Below, in pieces: positions 28,154 through 36,888 of a DNA stretch of 64,000 nt. Position 1 is the first letter of the stretch. Every line of letters starts with the position of its first letter. The notes beneath the pieces were generated by a model. It had not been told where the DNA came from. It ran no database searches and was given only the letters and a program-made list of their open reading frames with translations. A program made the position numbers and the translations under genes. The DNA is from Deltaproteobacteria bacterium (GTDB lineage: Bacteria > Desulfobacterota > Desulfobacteria > Desulfobacterales > C00003060). Location: positions 2,027 to 66,026 of the forward strand of contig JAFGFW010000170.1 in assembly GCA_016930875.1 (NCBI GenBank). Reading direction: 5' to 3'.

Positions 28154-29131
28154 TTAGAATTCAACTCTTACGGTTGAGCCGTTAACCACTGAGGCTATTA
28201 TTTCTTTATTGTTCATACAGTTTGTGACACGTATTTGCTCGCCGGCAAATCCCTTGCTTTTCGCTATGCCAATGGCTGTCACCCTTATCGTCGACGACTC
28301 GGCAATGATCGTCACTCGATCTCCCTTTTCTATGAGTGGCGGATCCTCGATTGTGTTGGCCATCAACACACTGCCGGCCTTTACCGCGTGTTTCAATCTT
28401 TTCCCGACAACCGCCTGAAGTGTTTTGGTCACGTTGGTTGGGAGTTTGGAGATATTCTTCATCTCAAAACACAAGTCCTCTTTGGCAAGGATGGCGTGGC
28501 GCAACAAGGGTCCAACAGTGCACACAACTTCTTCAAATCTATCCACCCAACCTGATAATACAACACGACTCTCGATTTTCCCGTTGACCCTTACAAAGGC
28601 GTTCAGGCTCACATGCCCCATGGGCTTTTCATTAGCTTGATTTCTGAGATCAACACGGACATCTCCCTCCGGCAGGGGGCCGTTGCCAATGACCCTGAAG
28701 CGACTGATTCCAAAATCAACATGGGGATCATTGATCTGTTGTGCAATAAAGCCGGTGTAACGGCGCAAGAAGTCCTCGTCTTCAATAGACTGACAAGCCC
28801 TCCCGATCCTGACATACTCAGGTATCCTTAGAACAATATTTTCAGGAAGCCACCTCTGCGAGCGAACCTTAGACTCGATCCACGATCCAGGCAATGTCTT
28901 GTGCTTTCCCGGGTTCGGAGAATAGGCCAAATAGGTGGCTCCAAGTCGTTTCTGCAGAGCGGACGGCCCCTCTATCCGAGCAACGTCCTTCAAATAGACC
29001 TTTTCTGCTCTTACCAACGCCTCATCCATCACGCCAACGTAAGCCCGCGTATCTGCCCGGACATCAGAATAGCCAAATGCTGTCCCCACAGCAATAATTG
29101 TGGCCAATAGTATGGCATTGAGAGTTCTCAT
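28154..29131 (-). CDS. flgA: flagellar P-ring assembly chaperone FlgA
   Basis: Signal peptide MRTLNAILLATIIAVGTAFG and a C-terminal SAF-like domain (KAGSVLMANTIEDPPLIEKGDRVTII). The ATG at 29131 lies 8 nt after the flgG stop with a GAGG Shine-Dalgarno. The track start is 29224. Confidence 0.8.
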   Translation of the reverse strand: MRTLNAILLATIIAVGTAFGYSDVRADTRAYVGVMDEALVRAEKVYLKDVARIEGPSALQKRLGATYLAYSPNPGKHKTLPGSWIESKVRSQRWLPENIVLRIPEYVRIGRACQSIEDEDFLRRYTGFIAQQINDPHVDFGISRFRVIGNGPLPEGDVRVDLRNQANEKPMGHVSLNAFVRVNGKIESRVVLSGWVDRFEEVVCTVGPLLRHAILAKEDLCFEMKNISKLPTNVTKTLQAVVGKRLKHAVKAGSVLMANTIEDPPLIEKGDRVTIIAESSTIRVTAIGIAKSKGFAGEQIRVTNCMNNKEIIASVVNGSTVRVEF

Positions 29132-29138
29132 TTTTCCT

Positions 29139-29921
29139 CTACCGTTTGATATTATTAGCCATTTGAAGCATCTGATCAGAAGTCTGGATAGCCTTTGAAT
29201 TGGCCTCGTAGGCCCGCTGGGCAATAATCATCGTAACCATCTCTTCCACCACATTCACATTGGACATCTCCAGATAGCCCTGGGCGATAGTCCCCACCCC
29301 GTCTGTTCCCGGCGCTCCTTCAGTCTCCTCTCCGGATGCTTCCGTGGATCGGTAAAGATTTCGCCCCATGCTAAAGAGGCCCGCTGGATTTGGAAAAGTG
29401 TACAACTTGATATCAGAGGTGGCCAGTTCCGTGTTGCCCGCGCCAAAGGCTGTCAGTCTTCCCGTAGAATCTACGGAAATAAAAACGGTATTTGCAGGGA
29501 TTGTGATCTCAGGCTCGAGCCTGTCGCCGCCAGGCGTGCAGACATACCCTTCGCTGTCGGTCTTAAAATCGCCGGCCCTGGTGTAAACCTCTTCATCATT
29601 GCTCACGATCTTGAAAAAACCCTTCCCTTCGATTGCCAGATCAAGTTCATTACCTGTCTGGCTGTAATCCCCCTGTGAAAACAATTTTTGCACACCCATC
29701 GGTTTTGTGCCCATCCCAACCTGAATTCCCGTTGGGAGCTGGGTCCCTGCGGCCGTAGTAGCGCCCGGCAGACGCAGCGTTTGATACATAAGATCCTGGA
29801 AATCAGGACGACTCTTCTTAAAACCAGCCGTGTTTACATTGGCTAAGTTGTTGGCAATGACATCAACGTTTAGCTGCTGGGCGGCCATGCCCGAAGCGGC
29901 TGTCCATAATCCCCTTAACAT
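29139..29921 (-). CDS. flgG: flagellar distal rod protein FlgG
   Basis: MLRGLWTAASGMAAQQLNVDVIANNLANVNTAGFK and C-terminal EMVTMIIAQRAYEANSK. Confidence 0.95.
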   Translation of the reverse strand: MLRGLWTAASGMAAQQLNVDVIANNLANVNTAGFKKSRPDFQDLMYQTLRLPGATTAAGTQLPTGIQVGMGTKPMGVQKLFSQGDYSQTGNELDLAIEGKGFFKIVSNDEEVYTRAGDFKTDSEGYVCTPGGDRLEPEITIPANTVFISVDSTGRLTAFGAGNTELATSDIKLYTFPNPAGLFSMGRNLYRSTEASGEETEGAPGTDGVGTIAQGYLEMSNVNVVEEMVTMIIAQRAYEANSKAIQTSDQMLQMANNIKR

Positions 29922-29984
29922 AGGTAACCTCCATTTGCTCGGACTTCGAGTCCTGAAAATATTGAGTGATTTCTTCGCGAACCC

Positions 29985-30662
29985 TTAGAGTTTGCCGACT
30001 TCATTAATCGCTTTTCCGTCGGTTTCGTCAAATGTTTGGAGCACTTTCTGGTACGATTCAAAATTTCGCAGGGCCTCCACCATCCTGATCATTTCCTCTG
30101 TGAGCGCCACATTAGACTCCTCAAGGTACCCCTGCCTAACAGAGGTCCGTTCAGGACGCGGGCCCTCCCCCACATCTCCCTCATAGACATAGTAAGACAG
30201 CCCTTCTTTCCGGAGGCGACCAGATCGATCAAAAAAAACGATCGATAAGGTATCCACCTCAGTCCCATCCACGTCTATTCGTCCGGTGGCATCAACAGTC
30301 ACATCCTTTCCGTCAATGGAGACAGGACCGCCTGACCCCATCACAGGGTCGCCATTTGAAGTCACCAGCTCACCCTGGGCGTTAAGGTGAAACTTCCCAT
30401 CTCGTGTGTACCTTATGCCGGCTGGGGTGTTCACCTTGAAAAATCCTTCTCCAGACAAAGCAAGATCCAGTGGGTTGCCTGTATTCCTCATATTGCCTTG
30501 AGCCATGTTTGTTTTCTCGTGGACCCTCAGGGCCTCGTCAAAAAAGAGAACACTCTTCTTGAATCCAGCAGTTCCAACATTGGCGAGATTGTTGGCAATG
30601 GTGTCAAATTTGAACTGTTGAATGCGACATCCTCTGACCGCATTATAAACACCAGGATTCAA
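29985..30662 (-). CDS. flgF: flagellar proximal rod protein FlgF-like
   Basis: 225 aa. Rod N-terminus FDTIANNLANVGTAGFKK and C-terminus EEMIRMVEALRNFESYQK. Located directly upstream of flgG. Confidence 0.8.
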   Translation of the reverse strand: MNPGVYNAVRGCRIQQFKFDTIANNLANVGTAGFKKSVLFFDEALRVHEKTNMAQGNMRNTGNPLDLALSGEGFFKVNTPAGIRYTRDGKFHLNAQGELVTSNGDPVMGSGGPVSIDGKDVTVDATGRIDVDGTEVDTLSIVFFDRSGRLRKEGLSYYVYEGDVGEGPRPERTSVRQGYLEESNVALTEEMIRMVEALRNFESYQKVLQTFDETDGKAINEVGKL

Positions 30663-30697
30663 CTTAATCAGCCCTCCTTCTTTTTGATCAGTGGGAT

Positions 30698-30713
30698 TGC
30701 AACGAAAATGCCA
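30698..30713 (-). promoter_or_regulatory. sigma-54 promoter (minus strand TGGCAT-TTTCG-TTGCA) for flgF operon
   Basis: The reverse complement reads ATGGCATTTTCGTTGCA with canonical GG-N10-GC spacing. The -12 element lies 37 nt upstream of the flgF ATG. Confidence 0.75.
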
Positions 30714-30923
30714 TACCTGCTCACAGGTGAGTTTTTATTGAAGGCTTGCGCATGTATGAACAGACAACTACAGGTAGACCAGGCTTTTTATATGTTATTT
30801 CAGATACTTTTAATCAGTCCGACACGAGTCGTGCACTCGATAAAGGGCTGTTTTCTTGTGGCGCTGACCCTGACAGGACCAACCGTGAATGCCCTTTGAT
30901 TCCCTGGTCTGGGAAAAATCTTC

Positions 30924-31196
30924 CTACTTCAGGCCGTTTTTTCCGTTCAGCCGGTAGACAAAGGCAAGGAGTTCAGCAACAACTACGTAGAGTTCGGGCG
31001 GGATTTCCTCGTTAAGATCAAGCCTTGATAAGACCTCAACAAGGTCGGGGTCATCCTTTACAGGGATTCCGTGCTCTCGGGCCAACTCGATAATTCTTTC
31101 AGCAACCACGCCAGTGCCACTTGCCGTGACACGGGGCGCATAACCGTCAGCCGGCCTGTATTTTAGGGCTACTGCCTTTTTTGATTCTCGAGTCAT
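30924..31196 (-). CDS. stand-alone FlhB C-terminal (FlhB_CC / YlqH-like, EscU/YscU family) domain protein
   Basis: 90 aa. AVALKYRP..APRVTASGTGVVAERIIELAREHGIPVKDDPDLVEVL..EIPPELYVVVAELLAFVYRL aligns to FlhB residues after the NPTH site (compare the FlhB in this window, ALAIRYD..APQVVAKGSELVAERIKALAKEHDIPIVEN..). Confidence 0.85.
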   Translation of the reverse strand: MTRESKKAVALKYRPADGYAPRVTASGTGVVAERIIELAREHGIPVKDDPDLVEVLSRLDLNEEIPPELYVVVAELLAFVYRLNGKNGLK

Positions 31197-32314
31197 ATGA
31201 CTATACTGATGTAGTGTTCTTCCGGATCCAAGATGGCGTCAACCAGCGATGTCTCTGCCAGATGACCTCTTTCCTCCAGCCGGCACTTTATCTGCTGCAC
31301 GGAAAAGCCATGTCTTTCGATCTGCTTTACTAGATGACCCGTGTGGTTGTTGAAAAGGGATTGAGTTTTTTCATTGCAAACGCAAAAGCCAATCTTTATG
31401 ACCTGTTGAAAGACCGACGCATCCACCAGAACTGGTCCAAGGCTAGACATATCCAGAAAAAGAGAAAGGTTGACGACCCTATTCTGATCTTTTTTATCCT
31501 CGCCATCTTCACGCCTACCCGAAATGTCAATCAAAAGCTGGGCAAAGCTGAATCCATCATCCCACTGCATAGGAATAACAAATAGAAGTTTGCCCTTTTC
31601 CTCCAAACCGCTCAGATTCAGCAGTTGAAGTTGCTCAAGGGCGTCGATGAATCTGCCTACTCCCTTTCCGGATAACAACTTTATGGCGCCTGCATCTGCC
31701 AGCGACCTCAACGCCAATCCCTTCAAATCATGTTCCGTCAAGGCAGCGCCTTGGTTCCGAGATTCCAAACCCAAAAGAAGCAACGACTTCAATTTGTGCT
31801 CCCAGATCATTCCCGAGCCATCTATGAATGACTTCAAAAACCCGGGGTCAAGCGCTTTGTCGGGGTGAAGCGATATGCGGCCGAGCAACGCCCACATTCG
31901 CATGAGGATATGAGGCGACTTCTCAGGACCCGAATCCTTGAGAGACACTGTCAAGACACTCAAGATGTCGATAAGGGCATTATAGGGAAACCCCTGAAAA
32001 GCGCTCCCTTTCAGCAGATCACCAACGCCAGCCAGGCTCTCATGTCTCAGCTCAACCAGTTTCAGGATGCATTCCGGCGCAAGCTGTTCTACTTTGAAGA
32101 AGACAACGTCTCCCGGCCTAAGCGGCACTCGTGTTCGCGCGACGAGTTGTTTGCCCTTGATCAGGAGAAGCGAGTGATAAGGGGGAATTGATTTTATGAT
32201 TCTACCCTCTACCACCTCATGTCTCTTTAATAGCGGAATTGCTCTATTGTCTGCTTTTTTGCCAGGGTCGAGCTTGGACGGGGAAAGCACAATGTAGTCA
32301 AGGTTATGAAGCAT
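31193..32314 (-). CDS. FliK-like protein (flagellar hook-length-control C-terminal-domain pattern)
   Basis: 373 aa. The C-terminal block VNLSLFLDMSSLGPVLVDASVFQQVIKIGFCVCNEKTQSLFNNHTGHLVKQIERHGFSVQQIKCRL follows the L.L.P..LG.V.V...V....V.V.F.V.N......L......L...L...G..V pattern seen in the bona fide FliK here (VRVQLKPPHLGSIQLEMTLKENVLKVAMIAEHHSVKELLMSHVHELRDVLVQQGVELQKIDVEI). ATGA overlap with the downstream FlhB_CC gene. Confidence 0.55.
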   Translation of the reverse strand: MLHNLDYIVLSPSKLDPGKKADNRAIPLLKRHEVVEGRIIKSIPPYHSLLLIKGKQLVARTRVPLRPGDVVFFKVEQLAPECILKLVELRHESLAGVGDLLKGSAFQGFPYNALIDILSVLTVSLKDSGPEKSPHILMRMWALLGRISLHPDKALDPGFLKSFIDGSGMIWEHKLKSLLLLGLESRNQGAALTEHDLKGLALRSLADAGAIKLLSGKGVGRFIDALEQLQLLNLSGLEEKGKLLFVIPMQWDDGFSFAQLLIDISGRREDGEDKKDQNRVVNLSLFLDMSSLGPVLVDASVFQQVIKIGFCVCNEKTQSLFNNHTGHLVKQIERHGFSVQQIKCRLEERGHLAETSLVDAILDPEEHYISIVI

Positions 32315-32342
32315 TTCTCAATCGGACGAGACTGGGCAGGGG

Positions 32343-32831
32343 TTAAGCCTGATCCATTTCCTGAAATCTCTTTCTCAAATCCAGCACAAGGCTGACCTCA
32401 CCTTTGGCAATGCCGAGGCGATTTGCTATCTTTTCCGAACTGAGCCCCTTATCTGAAAGCGTGATGATCTCTTGCTGCAAATGACACACGTCTTTATCTT
32501 TATGGCGTATAGCCTTGCTCCCACCGGAAGCAAGGCTGGCTTCAGCACGGTTGAGCAGCAAATTCAAACTGATAATGCGCCTGTCAAGGTGTTCGTTGAG
32601 CCTTCTGACTATTTTCTGTTTCTCCTTGAGCTGGACCTCAAATTGCCCCGCCACTTCTTGCGCATCTCTTAGGACAGGCTCAAGTGTATCAGTGATATGT
32701 TCCGTCCCGGATGCTCCGGACCTGTCGCCCAGGGCCTTAACTTGTCTTACAAAGACGATGAAAAGTACGATCAGGCACAGATCCACAATAATCTGTATGA
32801 TCGCCCAGAATTCCACGGATGTTGTCAGCAT
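32343..32831 (-). CDS. membrane-anchored hypothetical protein with coiled coil and C-terminal HTH-like segment
   Basis: 162 aa. N-terminal TM AIIQIIVDLCLIVLFIVFV and C-terminal LSDKGLSSEKIANRLGIAKGEVSLVLDLRK. Sits in a flagellar operon. Confidence 0.55.
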   Translation of the reverse strand: MLTTSVEFWAIIQIIVDLCLIVLFIVFVRQVKALGDRSGASGTEHITDTLEPVLRDAQEVAGQFEVQLKEKQKIVRRLNEHLDRRIISLNLLLNRAEASLASGGSKAIRHKDKDVCHLQQEIITLSDKGLSSEKIANRLGIAKGEVSLVLDLRKRFQEMDQA

Positions 32832-32896
32832 GATGAATCGATTTTGAACTCATCCTTGACGGCTTCGTAAAAAGTCCATCATTCTTGTTCCCAGGC

Positions 32897-33154
32897 TCAA
32901 ATCACCACATCTAACAGGGCGCCCGGAATCTTTGAGTCTTTCTCTTGACCCCTCTTCTTTGTTGAATCTTTGTATTGGTATGCACTCCGTCGGGAATCTG
33001 CGGACTTATCGCCGGACCTATTTTTTTTCTTCCCTTTTCTCCTATTTGCGGGCAAAGGCCGGTTCAGTTCAAAGGCCTGCCGTTTGCCTTTTTGTATCTC
33101 TCTAATTCCAGTCCCTTGCCCAAGAGGGACTTTCATGTCCGTGATACGCGCCAT
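32897..33154 (-). CDS. very basic, low-complexity hypothetical protein (coding status uncertain)
   Basis: 85 aa rich in K/R/S with no clear Shine-Dalgarno. Other frames are also open over this stretch. Confidence 0.25.
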   Translation of the reverse strand: MARITDMKVPLGQGTGIREIQKGKRQAFELNRPLPANRRKGKKKNRSGDKSADSRRSAYQYKDSTKKRGQEKDSKIPGALLDVVI

Positions 33155-33226
33155 TGTCTAGTGAACCCACGGCCTCAAACCGACCAGTTTATGGTGGTAG
33201 AATACCTATATAGCTCGCAACGTAAA

Positions 33227-33297
33227 GATGCTGGTTGCTAGATGCTCGATGCTGGATAAATCAAAAAGAAATCCTTTTATATCCAGTAACCAGCATC
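33227..33297. repeat. heptamer-periodic spacer with inverted arms (GATGCTG GTTGCTA GATGCTC GATGCTG GATAAAT ... CCAGTAA CCAGCAT)
   Basis: GATGCTGGTT (33227-36) pairs with AACCAGCATC (33288-97). CTGGATA (33252-58) pairs with TATCCAG (33280-86). Confidence 0.7.
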
Positions 33298-33324
33298 AAG
33301 TATCACGTGGCGCCTGGCTTCCGG

Positions 33325-34104
33325 TTACACCAGCAGAAATTCGGTAAAATCGATCCTGTCCACGGTTCCGGTCACAAGTACGGCATTAAGGGCATCAATA
33401 ATATCTTTCTTCAGCTTCTTCCTGGAGTCAATCCGTTCCATTTCTCCCATAGCTATTTTACTCAAAACTCCGTAGATGGCAGCTCTGCAAAGGGTCATTT
33501 TCTCGTCCACCTCACTATACACCGCGCTGTTTGACGGTTTAATCGAAAGACTCAACAACAGATATGCCCTGTCACCTTTTTCGGCAAGAAAAACCAGAAA
33601 CCTGGCAAAATGAAAAATATCAGCCGTGCCGTTCTCTACAGAAGCCTGGTATACCTGCACAGAGACTGTCTTGCGTTTTTCCTCTTTGCCCTTTGTGACG
33701 AGTCCTGTTATCCCGTAAACCGAAAAAAGCACACATGTGCCAACAATGAAGCCGGCAATGGGACGTTGATATTTCTTGAGTTGGGCACGAACTGCCGACA
33801 GGGGCCCACTTTCAGGGGCATCAGAAGGCGAAATATCCGGAAATGCTGTTTCTGTCTCCTGTTCCCTTGAGTCTTGCGTAGAATTTCCACTCTCTTCTAG
33901 CGTTTCCTCTGACTCTGCAGATCGAGTCGGTTCAGTGGCGTCTTCCAATATGATTGTGGCCTCTGCCACCTGACCGCCCTCTGTTTCGCCTCCCCTACCG
34001 GCTGAGCTATTGGTCTCAGGCTGACCTTCCCTTTCGACGCTCGATTCGGGTTCGATATTGTCATTGTTATCAAGCTGCTTTGTGTTTTCTTCCAGATTGT
34101 CCAT
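33325..34104 (-). CDS. FliL-like flagellar basal-body-associated protein with long acidic N-terminal extension
   Basis: 259 aa. About 115 aa of E/T/S-rich N-terminus, a TM (IAGFIVGTCVLFSVYGI), then a FliL-type domain ending GTVDRIDFTEFLLV. Confidence 0.65.
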   Translation of the reverse strand: MDNLEENTKQLDNNDNIEPESSVEREGQPETNSSAGRGGETEGGQVAEATIILEDATEPTRSAESEETLEESGNSTQDSREQETETAFPDISPSDAPESGPLSAVRAQLKKYQRPIAGFIVGTCVLFSVYGITGLVTKGKEEKRKTVSVQVYQASVENGTADIFHFARFLVFLAEKGDRAYLLLSLSIKPSNSAVYSEVDEKMTLCRAAIYGVLSKIAMGEMERIDSRKKLKKDIIDALNAVLVTGTVDRIDFTEFLLV

Positions 34105-34114
34105 GCATGAGCTC

Positions 34115-34894
34115 TTATGTCTGGTGATATGGCTTCAGCTTGGCTCTAAGTTTGATAATGGCCTTGGTGTGAATCTGGGAAATTCTCGATTCAGTCAGTC
34201 CCAGTACCTTCCCAATCTCTTTCAGTGTCAACTCGTCGTAGTAGTATAACGAAACCACCATTTGTTCTTTCTCCGATAGTGTCTTGATGGCTCTGGCTAT
34301 GACACGCCTCAGTTCCGAGACAATCACGTGATCTCCTGGGTTGTCATCTCCTTGGATTAAACTCTTGAAGGATTTTCTGGATTCCGTATTATCCCTGTCG
34401 TCCTTCACATAACCATCCAGACTCAAGAGATCAATTCCTTTAGCCATGCTGAGGATGCCATAGTAAGTATCAAGATCAATTTCCATCTCATCGGCAATTT
34501 CCGCGTCATCTGCCGGCCTGTTGAACCTGGCTTCAACGGCCACGATGGCCTTTTCCATATCATGGAGCTTTTTTCTGGTTGATCGCGGAATCCAGTCCAA
34601 ATTCCTGAGTTCATCCAGCATAGCCCCCTTGATCCTGAATTCGGCATAGGTCTTGAACTGAACATCTCGAGATGGATCAAATCTGTCAATAGCATCCAGC
34701 AGTCCCATAATGCCCACACTGGTCAGGTCATCCACAGAGACGTTTGGCGGGACGCGCATGGCCAAGCGGTTTGCCAACAATTTCACCAAGGGAGCATATT
34801 GAACAATCAAGGCGCTACGCTCCATATCATTCATAGCGCTGGGCCACTTGGTCTTCGTGTTGCCGTATGAGTATATTGCTGAAGCTCTTTGCAT
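34115..34894 (-). CDS. fliA: flagellar sigma factor FliA (sigma-28)
   Basis: Region 2 (FKTYAEFRIKGAMLDELR) and region 4.2 (LTLKEIGKVLGLTESRISQIHTKAI). Follows flhF-flhG. Confidence 0.9.
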   Translation of the reverse strand: MQRASAIYSYGNTKTKWPSAMNDMERSALIVQYAPLVKLLANRLAMRVPPNVSVDDLTSVGIMGLLDAIDRFDPSRDVQFKTYAEFRIKGAMLDELRNLDWIPRSTRKKLHDMEKAIVAVEARFNRPADDAEIADEMEIDLDTYYGILSMAKGIDLLSLDGYVKDDRDNTESRKSFKSLIQGDDNPGDHVIVSELRRVIARAIKTLSEKEQMVVSLYYYDELTLKEIGKVLGLTESRISQIHTKAIIKLRAKLKPYHQT

Positions 34895-34899
34895 AATGA

Positions 34900-35796
34900 C
34901 TAACGAGTTATTAGTTTCTTCCAGAAGAACTTGATATTCCCATCCTGCGCCACATCTGCTGACGAGACCTGCATGCGACCAGCCAATACAGAGAACTCCT
35001 TGCTTGATATGCTCTCCGGGTAACTCCGGATCACAGTGTTCTGTTGCCTAACCGCTTTTTCCACATTGCCATCCCTTGGAATAAACCCGATATATTCCAA
35101 CGATATCCCATTAAGGAAGCGAACGACAGCGTTGCTCAAGTTCTCAAAAACCGACTTGGCTTCCTCTTCACGGTCCACCATGTTAACCAGCAACTTGAAA
35201 GTCTTCGTGCCATGCTTGGTATACATCACTTTGATCAAGGCATAGGCATCTGTTATTGAAGTAGGCTCAGAGGTAACCACTACAATCCGCTCATCCGCAG
35301 CAATGCTAAAATAGATGACATTGGAAGAAATGCCCGCCCCGGTATCGATCAGAAAGATGTCAAAATTTTCCTCTAATGCATCAAACTCATTCAGCAGGTT
35401 GAGTTTTTGTCCTTGCGTCAGATGGACCAGGTCTTGGACTCCGGAGCCAGCCGGAATGATTTGAATTCCTTCGGGCCCTTCCACTATTATTTCGCCCAGA
35501 CTTTTTTCACCGTTGACTACATGCCTGATATTGTAGGCAGGGCTAATGCCAAAAATAATGTCAATATTTGCCAGGCCCAAATCCCCGTCCAATACCAACA
35601 CGCTCTTTCCGAGTCTTCTCAGCGCTATGGCCAGGTTTCCTACAATATTGGTCTTACCCACGCCACCTTTGCCACTCGTGACAGAAATGACACGCGTAAA
35701 GGATGTTTCCTCACAATATCTGCGTCGATCTCGACCGCCATGCATATCATGGACTTTCTTTCTGACCATCTGTCTCAAGCCGTCTGCTTGATCCAC
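34900..35796 (-). CDS. flhG: MinD/ParA-type flagellar number regulator FlhG (FleN/YlxH)
   Basis: Deviant Walker A SGKGGVGKTN. Located downstream of flhF. Confidence 0.9.
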   Translation of the reverse strand: MDQADGLRQMVRKKVHDMHGGRDRRRYCEETSFTRVISVTSGKGGVGKTNIVGNLAIALRRLGKSVLVLDGDLGLANIDIIFGISPAYNIRHVVNGEKSLGEIIVEGPEGIQIIPAGSGVQDLVHLTQGQKLNLLNEFDALEENFDIFLIDTGAGISSNVIYFSIAADERIVVVTSEPTSITDAYALIKVMYTKHGTKTFKLLVNMVDREEEAKSVFENLSNAVVRFLNGISLEYIGFIPRDGNVEKAVRQQNTVIRSYPESISSKEFSVLAGRMQVSSADVAQDGNIKFFWKKLITR

Positions 35797-35808
35797 CTTA
35801 ATACTCTC

Positions 35809-36888
35809 CTACTGAAAAATCAGGCTCAGTATGCCTGTTTTGGTTGCCTTCAGAATGTCTTCCGGAACCCGCTGGCCTGTTGTGATAAAGGAAATGGGCA
35901 TCCTTAGCTTGAAAGACTGGTTTACGATTACTCCTCTTGCTCTGGTCTCATCCGTTTTGGTAAAAATGTAACTGCTCAGGTTCAACCGACCAAAATTCCT
36001 GGCGGCCGCATCCATCTCAGATGCACTGGTTGCCGTACTGAGAAGCAAATGACTCTTGATGGAGCGATCACTGCCGACCAACCCTGCCATCTCTTTCATA
36101 CGCTCCATGTCGTAGTGACTCTGCCCTGCCGTGTCTATAAGAATGACATCTTTTTCATTCAGTCGTCTTAGAGCAAATTGCAAATCAGCGCAGCTGAATG
36201 CGGGAAAACATGGCACACCCAGGATGGCGGCATACGTCTTAAGCTGCTCCATAGCTCCGATTCTATAATTGTCTATGGAGATAAGTCCTACGGTCATCTT
36301 CTGTTTCAGGCTAAGATCGGCCACTAACTTGGCAATCGTTGTGGTCTTGCCTACACCTGTAGGCCCGACAAGAGCGGCTACGATCTGACCTTCAGCCCGA
36401 GCAAAAGGATCGGTGATATCGATGACCTTTAAAACCTCTTTCAAGACCCGCTCGTGCAATCCATTCGAATCTGATCGCATATCTTCATCAAACGCCCCCG
36501 CCTTTTTCAGGAATGCGTGAACATAAGGTTCGCCAATGCCGCTTCGAATCATTTTGGCATAGACGTCCATCGCCTCCGGATTGGCCGCGAAACCTTCCGC
36601 AAGGGGCCGAGATCGACCCAAAAGAAAAAGCATCTCCTTTATGTTCATCAACTCCGACTTCAGAGCATCGAAAAAAGCGGGATCTTGAGGCGGCACCCTT
36701 GTTGAATCCCTGCGTGTTTCACCTGCCATCGCGCTTATTTCAAACAGCCCCTTGGTTCTGTATGCTGATGCCCCCTTTTCAACGTCCAGCTTTCGCGTTG
36801 ACAATATGAGGGCATCCGAGCCAAGGTCTCGCTTGACCATATTGGTCGCTTCTTGAATGGTGTCTGCCTGAAACCTCCTAACCTCCAT
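35809..36888 (-). CDS. flhF: flagellar SRP-type GTPase FlhF
   Basis: [29 protein letters not shown]. The ATG at 36888 (MEVRRFQADT) overlaps the flhA end by 11 nt. The track start is 36942. Confidence 0.9.
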   Translation of the reverse strand: MEVRRFQADTIQEATNMVKRDLGSDALILSTRKLDVEKGASAYRTKGLFEISAMAGETRRDSTRVPPQDPAFFDALKSELMNIKEMLFLLGRSRPLAEGFAANPEAMDVYAKMIRSGIGEPYVHAFLKKAGAFDEDMRSDSNGLHERVLKEVLKVIDITDPFARAEGQIVAALVGPTGVGKTTTIAKLVADLSLKQKMTVGLISIDNYRIGAMEQLKTYAAILGVPCFPAFSCADLQFALRRLNEKDVILIDTAGQSHYDMERMKEMAGLVGSDRSIKSHLLLSTATSASEMDAAARNFGRLNLSSYIFTKTDETRARGVIVNQSFKLRMPISFITTGQRVPEDILKATKTGILSLIFQ

